Positions 9,669 through 22,927 are shown, numbered from the stretch's first letter. The stretch is DNA of 64,000 bases from a bacterium (GCA_030698395.1 JAUYKW010000008.1:1662-65661); one strand, 5' to 3'. The notes: a model not told the origin generated them from the sequence alone. Numbers and translations are program-made.

Positions 9669-10880
9669 ATGGCACTTTATTCATATACAGCAAAAAATAC
9701 TATTGGTGGTACAACAAAAGGAGTTGTGGATGCACCTGATGAGGAATCAGCTAAAAATTTGTTACGCGAACGTCAGTTAATTGTATTAACGCTTAAAACA
9801 AAATCAAGGCATAATCCATACGAGTTGTTGATGAATGCCATGAATAAGGTAAAAGTTAAGGAGGTTACTTTTTTTGCTAGACAATTATCTGTATTAATAA
9901 ATGCTACTATACCAGTAGTGAGGGCATTGAAAGTGTTAGTAAAACAAACTGAGAATAAGGTTTTTAAAGAAATTATTTCAGATGTTGCATCAGAAGTTGA
10001 TGGTGGTGCAAAATTATCGCAAGCAATGGCTCGTTATCCTCATGTGTTTGATGGTTTCTTTGTTCATATGGTGAGAGCAGGAGAAACTACTGGTAGATTG
10101 GATCAGGTATTGAACTATTTAGCGGATCAGAAAGAGAAAGATTATGCATTGCGAAGTCAGATAACTGGCGCGATGATGTATCCTGGCTTTATTATGATGG
10201 CCATGATTGGAATTGGTGTTGTAATGCTTATTTGGGTAGTTCCAAAGTTGGCTGGCATTATTACACAGGGTGGGGGAGAGCTACCTTTTGCAACCGCTGT
10301 ATTGCTTGGCTTGAGTTCTTTCTTTGTTGGATATTGGTGGTTAATAATATTATTAGTAGGAATAATAGGTGGGGGTGTTTATTTTTTTGCTAGAACAGCT
10401 CAAGGTAAATATTATATAGATGTATTAAAACTCAAACTGCCAGTTATAGGGCCATTATTTCAAAAGGTTGCTCTTGCTCGTTTTGCTGTAAGTTTTTCCA
10501 ATTTATTATCCAGTGGTGTGCCTGTTACAAAATCTTTGGGTATTGCTGGAGATGTGATTGGAAATGCTGTTTATCAAGATATTATAAAGAGGACAATCGT
10601 AGAAGTCGAAGGTGGTAATTCAATATCTACTATATTTGCTACTAGTAAGTATGCACCACCAATTGTTGCACAGATGATAAGTGTAGGTGAAGAAACTGGT
10701 AAATTGGACCAAATCTTAGGTAAATTAGCTGATTTCTATTCCAAAGAGGTGGAAAACTCTGTTGCGACTCTTACTAGTTTAATGGAGCCGATGATTATTG
10801 TTACTTTGGGATTAGGAGCTGCTTTTATGGTTTATGCGATATTGATGCCAATGTATAATATTACAGACTCTATTGGCTAA
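9669..10880 (+). CDS. pilC: Type IV pilus platform protein PilC/GspF
   Basis: FARQLSVL, AGETTGRLD, MMYP, VGEETGKLD, LMEP. Confidence 0.92.
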   Translation: MALYSYTAKNTIGGTTKGVVDAPDEESAKNLLRERQLIVLTLKTKSRHNPYELLMNAMNKVKVKEVTFFARQLSVLINATIPVVRALKVLVKQTENKVFKEIISDVASEVDGGAKLSQAMARYPHVFDGFFVHMVRAGETTGRLDQVLNYLADQKEKDYALRSQITGAMMYPGFIMMAMIGIGVVMLIWVVPKLAGIITQGGGELPFATAVLLGLSSFFVGYWWLIILLVGIIGGGVYFFARTAQGKYYIDVLKLKLPVIGPLFQKVALARFAVSFSNLLSSGVPVTKSLGIAGDVIGNAVYQDIIKRTIVEVEGGNSISTIFATSKYAPPIVAQMISVGEETGKLDQILGKLADFYSKEVENSVATLTSLMEPMIIVTLGLGAAFMVYAILMPMYNITDSIG

Positions 10881-10904
10881 GAAGTAGAATTATTGATATA
10901 TGTA

Positions 10905-10933
10905 TTGCAACAGAATATAAAATGTGCTATAAT
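10905..10933 (+). promoter_or_regulatory. Sigma70 promoter for the major pilin
   Basis: TTGCAA-17 bp-TATAAT with extended TG. Confidence 0.65.
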
Positions 10934-10984
10934 AAACTTAATTAATTAAGAACCTTATCTAACTAATATTGTATAAATAAAAAT

Positions 10985-11473
10985 ATGCGTAAAGGTTTTA
11001 CCCTAATCGAGCTCTTAATCGTTATTGCGATTATTGGATTACTTGCCACTTTGGCAATCGTGTCCCTAACAACTGCGCAACAAAAAGCGCGTGACACAAA
11101 ACGTATAGCTGATCTTAAACAGCTACAAAATGCAACAGAGTTATATTTCAGCGAAGTTACTCCAGGATCATACCCAGCTGCTACTACTTGGGCTGCTTAT
11201 GCTGCGGATGTAGCTGATTATATTTCTGTAATGCCAATCGATCCAACAAATGATACTGATTTTTATTATGTCTACGCAGATAATGATACTGGCGATGAGT
11301 ATGTACTCGGAGCTACGTTGGAAAATACTACTCACTCAGCCTTAAATGGTGATGATGATACTAACTATACTGCAGCAGGTGCATGGTTAGCTATTACACC
11401 AATTTCATCTTCCATTGCTACACCAGCAACAGTTAACTGTAGTCTTGCTGGAGCATATTGTTTATCTGAATAA
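10985..11473 (+). CDS. Type IV major pilin (copy 1)
   Basis: MRKG|FTLIELLIVIAIIGLLA class III signal peptide; C-terminal Cys pair; own promoter and terminator. Confidence 0.9.
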   Translation: MRKGFTLIELLIVIAIIGLLATLAIVSLTTAQQKARDTKRIADLKQLQNATELYFSEVTPGSYPAATTWAAYAADVADYISVMPIDPTNDTDFYYVYADNDTGDEYVLGATLENTTHSALNGDDDTNYTAAGAWLAITPISSSIATPATVNCSLAGAYCLSE

Positions 11474-11492
11474 TCTCACTAGTTGATTATCC

Positions 11493-11520
11493 AAAGAGCG
11501 CTCTAACGGGCGCTCTTTTT
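11493..11520 (+). terminator. Rho-independent terminator
   Basis: aaagagcgc/gcgctcttt stem followed by a T run. Confidence 0.8.
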
Positions 11521-11609
11521 GGTTTAAATAGTGTAAGTATTTTGCTATTCTTATTTCCATTAATAATGATATACTTACCGTAGTGTATTTAATTTTTTAT
11601 AGGCAAGCT

Positions 11610-12098
11610 ATGCGTAAAGGTTTTACCCTAATCGAGCTTTTAATCGTTATTGCGATTATTGGATTACTTGCCACTTTGGCAATTGTGTCTTTAACATCTG
11701 CACAACAAAAATCACGTGATGCAAAACGTATAGCTGATATTAAACAACTACAAAATGCAACGGAGCTGTATTTCAATGAGATTACGGTTGGTTCATATCC
11801 TGATCCAGCCAATTGGACAGAGTATACAAATAATTTAGTACCAATTATGTCATCTATGCCTACAGATCCAACTAATGATGCCACTAGATTTTATATATAC
11901 GCTACAAATGACAGTGCAGATGAATATGTGATTGGTACTAGATTAGAAGATGTAAATCATCCTGCACTGAGTGGTGATGATGATACAAACTATACTGCAG
12001 TAGGTGCATGGTTAGGAATTTCACCAGTAACTTCTTCAGTGGCAACTCCTACTACTGTAAATTGTAGTTTAGCAGGTGTTTATTGCCTTTCAGAGTAA
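11610..12098 (+). CDS. Type IV pilin (copy 2, tandem paralog)
   Basis: True start MRKGFTLIE at ATG 11610; same 162 aa length and colinear with copy 1. Confidence 0.9.
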   Translation: MRKGFTLIELLIVIAIIGLLATLAIVSLTSAQQKSRDAKRIADIKQLQNATELYFNEITVGSYPDPANWTEYTNNLVPIMSSMPTDPTNDATRFYIYATNDSADEYVIGTRLEDVNHPALSGDDDTNYTAVGAWLGISPVTSSVATPTTVNCSLAGVYCLSE

Positions 12099-12115
12099 TT
12101 AATATTTGATGTTAT

Positions 12116-12145
12116 AAAGGGGCGTATTCATGGGGCGCTCTTTTT
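12116..12145 (+). terminator. Degenerate copy of the pilin terminator
   Basis: aaaggggcgt/gcgctctttt; same 3' arm as 11493-11520. Confidence 0.55.
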
Positions 12146-12168
12146 AATTCTTGTGATATACTAAAGGC

Positions 12169-12939
12169 ATGACAATACCAGTGTTATTTGCAGTATTAAT
12201 GGCCGCTCTATTTGGGCTAGGATTTGGTAGTTTTCTAAACGTATTTGTGTTGCGTACTTTTAGTGGTGAAACCCTAACGGGGCGTTCGCATTGTGTTTCT
12301 TGCCAAAAACAGATAGCATGGTTTGATTTAATTCCAGTTTTTTCATATCTTTTTTTGTTAGGAAAGTGTAGATATTGCAAGAAAGGTATATCTGCTCAAT
12401 ATCCAATTGTTGAATTTTGTTGTGCTACTTTGTTAGTTATCATTGCAGTATGGTTTTATGGTGAGCCAATTCAGATGGCAATTTATATGATGTATGTATT
12501 TTTTTTGTTAGCCATCTTTATATATGATCTTAAATACTATCTAATACCTGATATTTTGACACTACCTGGCATTGTTCTTGCTGTGATTGGTAGTTTAATT
12601 CTTGGATTTTCTTGGTGGAATATTTTTTTAGGCATGCTTGTGGGTGGAGGAATATTTTTCGCGCAATATGTTTTTTCTAAAGGCAGGTGGATCGGTGGCG
12701 GAGATATTAGACTTGGCTTGTTAATGGGTGCAATGTTAGGATTTCCAAATATAATAGTTGCATTATTTTTAGCTTATTTATTTGGTGCGGCCATAGCAGT
12801 TCCACTTGTAATTACTAGAAAAAAAAATCGTAAGGATAAATTACCATTTGGAACTTTTTTAACCTTCGCAACATTTATTACAATACTTTTTGGAGATAAA
12901 ATAATGAATTGGTATTTATATGGAGTCATCGGGTTATAG
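12169..12939 (+). CDS. pilD: Prepilin peptidase (A24)
   Basis: GSFLNV, RSHCVSC, GKCRYC, YDLK..IPD, GGGD, PFG. Confidence 0.92.
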   Translation: MTIPVLFAVLMAALFGLGFGSFLNVFVLRTFSGETLTGRSHCVSCQKQIAWFDLIPVFSYLFLLGKCRYCKKGISAQYPIVEFCCATLLVIIAVWFYGEPIQMAIYMMYVFFLLAIFIYDLKYYLIPDILTLPGIVLAVIGSLILGFSWWNIFLGMLVGGGIFFAQYVFSKGRWIGGGDIRLGLLMGAMLGFPNIIVALFLAYLFGAAIAVPLVITRKKNRKDKLPFGTFLTFATFITILFGDKIMNWYLYGVIGL

Positions 12940-13465
12940 TTTAGTAGAGCTGATTGCGGTTATGGCCGTTATGGTAATTTTATTTACTGTCACGTCTTTA
13001 CAAATTGGCAAGTCTAATCCGAACGGCACGGTTCATGATGACGGTAATAGTTTGAAATCTACAATTACATTAGCCAGAACATATGCTAGAACGGGTCATC
13101 ATTGTTGTGGTGATATTTTGCCACCGGCTTATGGAGTGCGATTTAAGATGGACGGGCCTCCTGATAGTACATATTTTTTGTATGCTGATTTGGATGGAGA
13201 TAATGTATTTTCACCTGCTGATGAAATTTTAATAAAGCGTGCATTAAGCGAGAATGTAGATTTCTATGAATGCACCGACGGTGTAACAACTTATACTGCA
13301 TTAGGAAAATGCGATATTGCATTCTTAACCGATTTATCTCGAACTGCTACTTTTGAAGGTGGCGAATTTGCTGGAGATTTATATTTATTAATTCGATATA
13401 GGAGTGATGTATCAATTACTGATCAGATAGTTATAGATAAAAATACTCTCAATATTGAAAATTAG
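12920..13465 (+). CDS. Minor pilin/pseudopilin
   Basis: SG|YSLVELIAVMAVM prepilin motif. Confidence 0.8.
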   Translation: MESSGYSLVELIAVMAVMVILFTVTSLQIGKSNPNGTVHDDGNSLKSTITLARTYARTGHHCCGDILPPAYGVRFKMDGPPDSTYFLYADLDGDNVFSPADEILIKRALSENVDFYECTDGVTTYTALGKCDIAFLTDLSRTATFEGGEFAGDLYLLIRYRSDVSITDQIVIDKNTLNIEN

Positions 13466-13468
13466 AAG

Positions 13469-14146
13469 ATGAAATTTAATATATTTAAAAATACATCAGG
13501 TCAGACGTTATTGGAGTCATTATTAGCAATCACGGTTATTGTAGTTGGAGTTGTTAGTTTGATTTCGTTATTGGTAAATGCCAGAGTGTCTGCAGAAGCA
13601 AGCTTGGAAGAAGCTGTTGCTGGTCAAATTGGCAGAGAGACTATTGAGGCTGTAAGATTTATCCGAGACAGCAATTGGTTGAAGAGAGAAGCTGGACTAG
13701 GAGTAAATTATTATGATGGATTGCGCGGTGGTTCTGATGCGGATGATTATAATGGAATTTATGCTTGGAATCCTGAAGGTTCAGCGGAGACCGCAGTATT
13801 ATTTGATTTTACTGACAATTCTATTAATGATGATAGTGCAATTGTTTACCAGGATGTCATGAATTATTATCGCCAGAGCATAATTCCTCAGCCGGGCTGG
13901 GTGGATACTGGATTTAGGCGCTGGGTATCACTTTATCCAATTTGCTTTGATACCACTACTGGCCTAGAATATTTATTAACAAGTGATGGAACTAATTGTG
14001 CCTATGATTTAGAGGTGGGTATTCAAGTTATTGTTCAGGTGCAATGGAAGGGTAGGGCAGGATTAGTCCATGATAGATTAATCGAAGATAGATTATATAA
14101 TTGGAAATACCCAGAGGGGGATGATTTTTCTGATGTAGTTTTTTAA
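13469..14146 (+). CDS. Minor pilin (PilV-like)
   Basis: SG|QTLLESLLAI; E.VR.IRDSNW motif. Confidence 0.8.
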   Translation: MKFNIFKNTSGQTLLESLLAITVIVVGVVSLISLLVNARVSAEASLEEAVAGQIGRETIEAVRFIRDSNWLKREAGLGVNYYDGLRGGSDADDYNGIYAWNPEGSAETAVLFDFTDNSINDDSAIVYQDVMNYYRQSIIPQPGWVDTGFRRWVSLYPICFDTTTGLEYLLTSDGTNCAYDLEVGIQVIVQVQWKGRAGLVHDRLIEDRLYNWKYPEGDDFSDVVF

Positions 14147-14147
14147 T

Positions 14148-14700
14148 ATGAAAAATATTCATTCAAAACAATCTGGTTTTACAATAGTTGAGATGATGAT
14201 CTCAACGGCTGTATTTGTAATAGTTATTGTAGTATTAATGGATTTGACTTTTATTTTTATTAGAGATCCGCTTAATTTAGCTAAGCAAAAGGAGCTAGAG
14301 CAAGACATGACGTATGCAATGGATGAAATGAGTTTTATTATTCGGCATGGTGCTATAAATTGGGATAGATATCCTGTTGGAGTACCGCCAAATCCATATC
14401 CATTGTTATATTTTCTGAAGAATGATAAATCACCTGGTCTCTTTCATATAAGTACGCATAAGCGCACGGGATTACAAGAATCTTTAACAATTGGTGACGG
14501 AGTAATGGATAGATATTTAGTAGGTGATGATGTAATTATTGATGAGTTAAATTTCTTTGTGTATCCCACGAAGGATCCTTATGATCTGACTAATGATGTA
14601 CATGCACAGCCAATGGTAATAATATCGCTCACAGGACATCATATTGATGATGATTCAATTAAACCTATTACAATGCAAACAATAGCAACAACAAGATATT

Positions 14701-14711
<11 letters not shown>
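14148..14711 (+). CDS. Minor pilin (PilW/PulJ-like)
   Basis: SG|FTIVEMMIS; C-terminal MQT.ATTR. Confidence 0.8.
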
Positions 14712-17552
<2,841 letters not shown>

Positions 17553-17575
17553 TTGTTTATGCTATACTACGCTGT

Positions 17576-17884
17576 ATGGAATTATCAAAAGCCGAGGTAA
17601 AAAAAATTGCAGATTTAGCTAGAATCGCATTAACCGCAGAGGAAGTTGATAAATATAGTAAAGAATTATCAACTATTTTGGAATTTGTTGATCAGCTCAA
17701 TGAATTAAACACAGATGGTATTGAACCCACTAGCCAAGTTACTGGCTTAGTTAATGTATGGCGGAAGGATGAAGTAAATCATGAAAATACTAGAGAGGAA
17801 ATGTTGAAGTCTGCAATAGAGACAGCAGAGGATCACTTAAAAGTACAGGGTGTTTTTAATGTTAACGAAGATGAAGAAAAGTAG
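17576..17884 (+). CDS. gatC: Asp/Glu-tRNA amidotransferase subunit C
   Basis: VKKIADLARI...WRKDE; directly upstream of gatA. Confidence 0.92.
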   Translation: MELSKAEVKKIADLARIALTAEEVDKYSKELSTILEFVDQLNELNTDGIEPTSQVTGLVNVWRKDEVNHENTREEMLKSAIETAEDHLKVQGVFNVNEDEEK

Positions 17885-17885
17885 C

Positions 17886-19289
17886 ATGATTTTAGAATTA
17901 CGAAAAAAATTGGATCAAAAAAAAGTTTCTGCTGTAGAGTTAACGCAGGATTATTTAGCAACTATTAAAAAGAAGAATTCTGAGTTGAATTCTTTTATTT
18001 CTGTTGAAGAAGAATTCGCATTAAAGCAGGCTAAACATGCAGATATGATGATTGCAGATGGTGATGCAAACATTCTAACTGGCATACCATATACTTTAAA
18101 AGATTTATTTTGTGTGAAAGGTGTAGAAACAACGGCCGGATCAAATATATTAAAAGGTTACATTCCTCCTTATACAGCTACTGCAGTGGAGCGATTGAAT
18201 GGTGCAGTTATGCTTGGAAAAACAAATACAGATGAATTTGCAATGGGAGCATCAACTGAAACTTCATGTTTTGGTCCAACAAAGAATCCGTATGATTTAT
18301 CACGAGTAGCCGGTGGATCATCTGGAGGACCCGTAGCAGCAGTAGCAACAGATATGGCTGTGTTTGCATTAGGTACAGATACAGGTGGATCCATCAGACA
18401 ACCAGCTGCGTTTAGTGGTGTTGCGGGATTAAGAGTTACGTATGGTCGTGTGTCTAGATACGGAGCAATAGCTATGGCATCATCTTTAGATACTGTTGGT
18501 CCAATTGCTAAGACGGTTGAAGATTTGGCAATTATTTTAGAGCAGATAGCTGGGATCGATGTGCTTGATGGTACAACGTTAGATAAACCAGTAGAGGAAT
18601 ATACAAAAGCGTTAGGAAAGTTAAAGAAAAATATTACAATTGGTATACCTAAGGAGTATTTTGAATTAGAAGGGCTCGATATTGGGGTTCAACAGAAGGT
18701 TGAAAACGTAATCGCTGAGCTAAAGAAGCAGGGGATTAAATTTAAGGAGATTTCTTTGCCACATACAAAATATGCTGTGCCAGCATATTATATAATTACT
18801 CCTAGTGAGGTGAGTTCTAATATGGCTAGATATGATGGTATAAAATTTGGATATCGTGCAGAAAATGCTAGTGAATTAATGGAAGTTTATAAACAATCAA
18901 GATCGGCCGGTTTTGGTGATGAAGTAAAACGTAGAATTATGTTAGGTACATATGCGTTATCAGCTGGTTATTATGATGCTTATTATTTAAAGGCCATGAA
19001 GGTTAGAACTTTGATCAGGAATGATTTTACTACAGCCTTTAAGGATGTTGATCTGATTATTACACCAACAACACCAACTACAGCCTTTAAAATTGGTGAG
19101 AATATGGATGATCCGATTAAGATGTATTTGGCTGATATTTATACCGCACCAGCATCATTGGCGGGAATTCCTGGATTAGCAATCCCATGCGGTGAAGTTG
19201 ATAATTTGCCTGTTTCTGTGCAGATTTTAGGTCCTCAATGGTCTGAATCTTCCGTATTACAGTTAGGGAAGGTGATAGAAGAGCTGTAA
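17886..19289 (+). CDS. gatA: Asp/Glu-tRNA amidotransferase subunit A
   Basis: GKTNTDEFAMG, GGSSGG, DTGGSIRQPA, SSNMARYDG, GDEVKRRIMLG; start set to ATG 17886. Confidence 0.96.
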   Translation: MILELRKKLDQKKVSAVELTQDYLATIKKKNSELNSFISVEEEFALKQAKHADMMIADGDANILTGIPYTLKDLFCVKGVETTAGSNILKGYIPPYTATAVERLNGAVMLGKTNTDEFAMGASTETSCFGPTKNPYDLSRVAGGSSGGPVAAVATDMAVFALGTDTGGSIRQPAAFSGVAGLRVTYGRVSRYGAIAMASSLDTVGPIAKTVEDLAIILEQIAGIDVLDGTTLDKPVEEYTKALGKLKKNITIGIPKEYFELEGLDIGVQQKVENVIAELKKQGIKFKEISLPHTKYAVPAYYIITPSEVSSNMARYDGIKFGYRAENASELMEVYKQSRSAGFGDEVKRRIMLGTYALSAGYYDAYYLKAMKVRTLIRNDFTTAFKDVDLIITPTTPTTAFKIGENMDDPIKMYLADIYTAPASLAGIPGLAIPCGEVDNLPVSVQILGPQWSESSVLQLGKVIEEL

Positions 19290-19382
19290 AAGTTGAAATT
19301 TAATGAGATTTGTCTTGTATAAAGTATGATATTGTAGTATAATAAATATCTATTTAATAAATATTTCAGATAATACACGAAT

Positions 19383-19754
19383 ATGGCAAAAAAAATATTG
19401 TTGGTCGAGGATGATGAGATGCTACATAACATGTATACGCAGAAATTCAAGAAACATGGATATGAAGTATTATCAGCATATAATGGAGCAGATGGTGTAA
19501 AGATGGCGATCTCTGAAAATCCTGACTTAATTCTACTAGATGTAATTATGCCAAAAATGGATGGTTTTGTTGCATTGAAGAAAATTAGAAAAACTCCTGC
19601 GTTAGAAAAAACTCCAATTATATTGTTAACAAATTTAGGCCAAGAAGAGGACGTTAGAAAAGGCAATGAACTAGGTGCTGATGATTACTTCATTAAAGCT
19701 AATCACACACCACAGGAAATAGTAGATAAAGTTAAAACTTTTTTAAAGGAATAA
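19383..19754 (+). CDS. Single-domain response regulator
   Basis: ILLVEDD, LLDVIMPKMDG, GADDYFIK; paralog of 8257-8634. Confidence 0.9.
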   Translation: MAKKILLVEDDEMLHNMYTQKFKKHGYEVLSAYNGADGVKMAISENPDLILLDVIMPKMDGFVALKKIRKTPALEKTPIILLTNLGQEEDVRKGNELGADDYFIKANHTPQEIVDKVKTFLKE

Positions 19755-19758
19755 TATT

Positions 19759-20223
19759 ATGGTTCAGAAATCACTTATAATTGTAAAGCCTGATGCTTTA
19801 CAGAGAAATTTGCTTGGAGAAATTGTTAGTCGCTTCGAGCGTAAAGGATTAAAAATTGCCGGCATGAAAATGATGGCTATTGATGATGTAATGATTGAAA
19901 GTCATTACGAACATCATGTAGATAAACCTTTTTTTGAAGGATTAAAAAAATATATGCAATCATCCCCAGTTGTAGTTATGGCTGTTGAAGGCTATGAAGC
20001 AATTGATGCAATTAGATTGATTGTTGGGCCAACTAAGGGTAGGGAAGCGGATGCTGGAAGTATTCGTGGTGATTTTGCTATGAGTGTACAATATAATATT
20101 GTGCATGCATCAGACTCTGCTGAGAATGCCGAAGCTGAAGTAGCTAGATTTTTCAAAGATGATGAATTGTTCGATTATAGAAAGGTTGACTTTGATTACA
20201 TATACGGCGAAGACGAAAGATAA
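19759..20223 (+). CDS. ndk: Nucleoside diphosphate kinase
   Basis: IVKPDA, GSIRGDF, NIVHASDS. Confidence 0.96.
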   Translation: MVQKSLIIVKPDALQRNLLGEIVSRFERKGLKIAGMKMMAIDDVMIESHYEHHVDKPFFEGLKKYMQSSPVVVMAVEGYEAIDAIRLIVGPTKGREADAGSIRGDFAMSVQYNIVHASDSAENAEAEVARFFKDDELFDYRKVDFDYIYGEDER

Positions 20224-20224
20224 T

Positions 20225-20253
20225 TTGACAAAAAAACAATACGAATTTATACT
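20225..20253 (+). promoter_or_regulatory. Sigma70 promoter of the aromatic operon leader
   Basis: TTGACA-17 bp-TATACT. Confidence 0.8.
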
Positions 20254-20261
20254 CTTTCTAT

Positions 20262-20342
20262 ATGATACATTTAAATAAAAATTTCTGGTTTTACTTTAGC
20301 TATATACAGCTCCGGAAGGTGTGTGCATTTGACGTGTCATAA
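20262..20342 (+). CDS. Leader peptide MIHLNKNFWFYFSYIQLRKVCAFDVS (aromatic attenuator)
   Basis: 26 aa ORF with an FWFYFSY run, between the promoter and a terminator upstream of aroF. Confidence 0.85.
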   Translation: MIHLNKNFWFYFSYIQLRKVCAFDVS

Positions 20343-20396
20343 AAAAAGACATTAGATAGAAATAGCAACCTTCCGGAGCAACCGGAAGGTTTTTTT
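20309..20396 (+). terminator. Attenuator with mutually exclusive antiterminator and terminator
   Basis: gctccggaaggt (20309-20320) pairs perfectly with accttccggagc (20368-20379); alternative terminator aaccttccgg/ccggaaggtt (20367-20391) plus T run. Confidence 0.88.
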
Positions 20397-20432
20397 ATTA
20401 AAAACCTTATCAATAAATAATTCAAGAAAAAT

Positions 20433-21449
20433 ATGATTATAGTTATGAAACAACAAACTCCAAAACAAATGGCACTAGATGTCATGGAGCGTATTAAGGA
20501 GATGGATTTAGAACCCGTACTATTAGAAGGCACAGAGCGTAATGTAATTGCAGTAATTGGTGATGAACGGATAGTGGATGAACATGTACTGAATTCTTTA
20601 GAGGGTGTAGAAAAAGTTATGCCGGTGCTAGCTCCATTTAAACTTGCTTCAAAGGAACATTCATCTGAGAAATCAGCAATTGTAATTGCACCAGGCGTTA
20701 CAGTTGGCGGAAAACGTTTAGCAATTATGGCAGGAAACTGTGCAGTAGAAACAATTGAAACATCTTTAGCAACTGCAGCTGCAGTTAAAAAAGTTGGTGC
20801 AAATATTCAGCGGGGTGGTGCATATAAGCCACGATCATCCCCATACTCTTTTCAAGGTTTAGGTGCAGAAGGATTAGAAATTTTGCAACAAGCTAAAGAA
20901 AAAAGTGGATTACCAATTGTTACAGAAGTTTTAGACACTAGACATGTGGAGCTAGTTGCAAAACATGCAGATATTTTACAAGTTGGTACTAGAAATATGC
21001 AGAATTTTGAATTACTGCGTGAAGTTGGTAATTCAAAAAAGCCGGTATTGTTGAAGCGGGGAATGGCTGCAACACTTGATGAATTCCTAATGTCTGCAGA
21101 ATATGTTTTATCTAGTGGAAATCCAAATGTAATTCTTTGCGAACGAGGTATTAGAACATACGAAACTGCAACTAGAAATACATTAGATATTTCTGCGATT
21201 CCTGTATTAAAACAAATGACGCATTTACCAGTGATAGTTGATCCTTCACATGCTGCGGGTAAGCGTGATTATGTTTCTGCGTTAGCAAGAGCGGCAATTG
21301 CTGCTGGAGCTGATGGTTTGTTATTGGATGTACATCCTAATCCTTCTCAGTCGTTAGTAGATCCGGATCAGGCATTAACATTCGAACATTTCGCTGAATT
21401 GATGGATGAAATAAAATTAATCGCTACAGCCGTTGGTAGGGAAGTATAA
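20433..21449 (+). CDS. aroF: DAHP synthase type I-beta with N-terminal regulatory domain
   Basis: RGGAYKPRSSPYSFQGLG, RNMQNF, LLKRG, LCERGIRT, DPSH. Confidence 0.95.
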   Translation: MIIVMKQQTPKQMALDVMERIKEMDLEPVLLEGTERNVIAVIGDERIVDEHVLNSLEGVEKVMPVLAPFKLASKEHSSEKSAIVIAPGVTVGGKRLAIMAGNCAVETIETSLATAAAVKKVGANIQRGGAYKPRSSPYSFQGLGAEGLEILQQAKEKSGLPIVTEVLDTRHVELVAKHADILQVGTRNMQNFELLREVGNSKKPVLLKRGMAATLDEFLMSAEYVLSSGNPNVILCERGIRTYETATRNTLDISAIPVLKQMTHLPVIVDPSHAAGKRDYVSALARAAIAAGADGLLLDVHPNPSQSLVDPDQALTFEHFAELMDEIKLIATAVGREV

Positions 21450-21451
21450 CT

Positions 21452-22927
21452 ATGTTTTATACCCGGGATGTAGAATCAATAAAATATGATACTGCATTAA
21501 GCTATTTTAAGCAGTTTGCTGAAGATGTACCGGGTTTTTTGCTGGAGTCTGTTGATATTGCTCCAATTTATGGACGCTTAAGCATTTTTAGCATTGATCC
21601 TCCTTTGGAAGTGGTTGGTAGTGGTGAAGATTTTTATATCAGGGCTTTAAATGATTATGGTAAAGTTTTGTTGAGTTACATTACTGAAGAGACCTTCGCT
21701 TTTTGTTCAACGTTCACTAAAACTGAATCGGAGTGTCGTGGAACAGTAAAGCGTGCTATGGAGATGTTGGATGAATCTAAGCGACAGCAACAAACAAATA
21801 TTTCATCAGTAATTCGTGCGTTATTAAAAATCTTTGCTATAGATGATCCTTATTTAGGATTATACGGTGCATTTAGTTATGATTTTGTGAGGCAATTTGA
21901 GGATATTCCAAATGTTCATGCAGAAGGTGCAATTCCTGATTTTCATTTGTTTTTACCAGATGTATTATATGTATTTGATCATCTTAAGCAGACGGCAGAA
22001 ATACGTTATTATAATTTTTCTCAAGTTAGTTTAAGTTCTAGATTAACAGGGTTACCTCGGACAAATGAATTATCGCAACCTTTCTCAGTTACAGGATTAG
22101 AATCTTCATGTCAAAGAAGTGAGTATGAAGAAAGTGTATTGAAGGCAAAAAATTATATGAAAAAAGGTGATATTTTTGAAATAGTTATATCCAGAAAATT
22201 TTCTGGTTCATGCACGGGTTCTACAATAGATTTATATACGCAATATTGTGAAATTAATCCGTCTCCTTATATGTTTTATTATCGCTTTCCGATTGCTGAA
22301 TCTAAACAGCTAAGAACTTTATTAGGTGCTTCGCCAGAAATGTTTGTACGCGTTGAAGATAACATAGTGATGACAAGACCAATATCTGGCACTGCTATTA
22401 GGAGTAATGATCCAATTGAAGATTATGAAAATATGCTAGATTTATTGAATAGTCAGAAAGAAAAAAGTGAACTTGATATGTTAATTGATTTAGCAAGGAA
22501 TGATGTATCTAGAGTTTGTGAGCCGGGCATTGCGGTAAAGGATTATCGGTATGTAGAAAAATATTCAAAAGTGATGCACACTATCGCACATGTTGAAGGA
22601 AATCTTGATGTAGAAAATTTTTCTGCTTTTGATGCTTTCATTGCTTGTTTGAATGCTGGTACTTTAACTGGCGCGCCGAAAATTCGAGCAATGGAATTAA
22701 TTGAAGAAATGGAAATCGAACGGAGAGGCTATTATGGTGGTAATGTTGGCTATATAACTTTTAACAATGAACTGAATACAGGTATAATTATCAGATCTGC
22801 AGTAATTGAGGATGGCTCTGTATCTACTCAAGTTGGTGCAACATTATTGTTGGATTCACAGCCCACGGCAGAATTCGATGAAACAACTAATAAGGCATCT
22901 GCTCTTTTATCAGTATTAACACCATAG
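21452..22927 (+). CDS. trpE: Anthranilate synthase component I
   Basis: LLES, NPSPYM, GASPE, RPISGT, DLARND, GTLTGAPKIRAM. Confidence 0.92.
   Translation: MFYTRDVESIKYDTALSYFKQFAEDVPGFLLESVDIAPIYGRLSIFSIDPPLEVVGSGEDFYIRALNDYGKVLLSYITEETFAFCSTFTKTESECRGTVKRAMEMLDESKRQQQTNISSVIRALLKIFAIDDPYLGLYGAFSYDFVRQFEDIPNVHAEGAIPDFHLFLPDVLYVFDHLKQTAEIRYYNFSQVSLSSRLTGLPRTNELSQPFSVTGLESSCQRSEYEESVLKAKNYMKKGDIFEIVISRKFSGSCTGSTIDLYTQYCEINPSPYMFYYRFPIAESKQLRTLLGASPEMFVRVEDNIVMTRPISGTAIRSNDPIEDYENMLDLLNSQKEKSELDMLIDLARNDVSRVCEPGIAVKDYRYVEKYSKVMHTIAHVEGNLDVENFSAFDAFIACLNAGTLTGAPKIRAMELIEEMEIERRGYYGGNVGYITFNNELNTGIIIRSAVIEDGSVSTQVGATLLLDSQPTAEFDETTNKASALLSVLTP

Noticed and set aside
20300-20533. Reverse ORF over the aro leader and the many other short antisense ORFs in the track
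   Set aside because: They overlap well-supported + strand genes or regulatory RNA and have no recognisable motifs.
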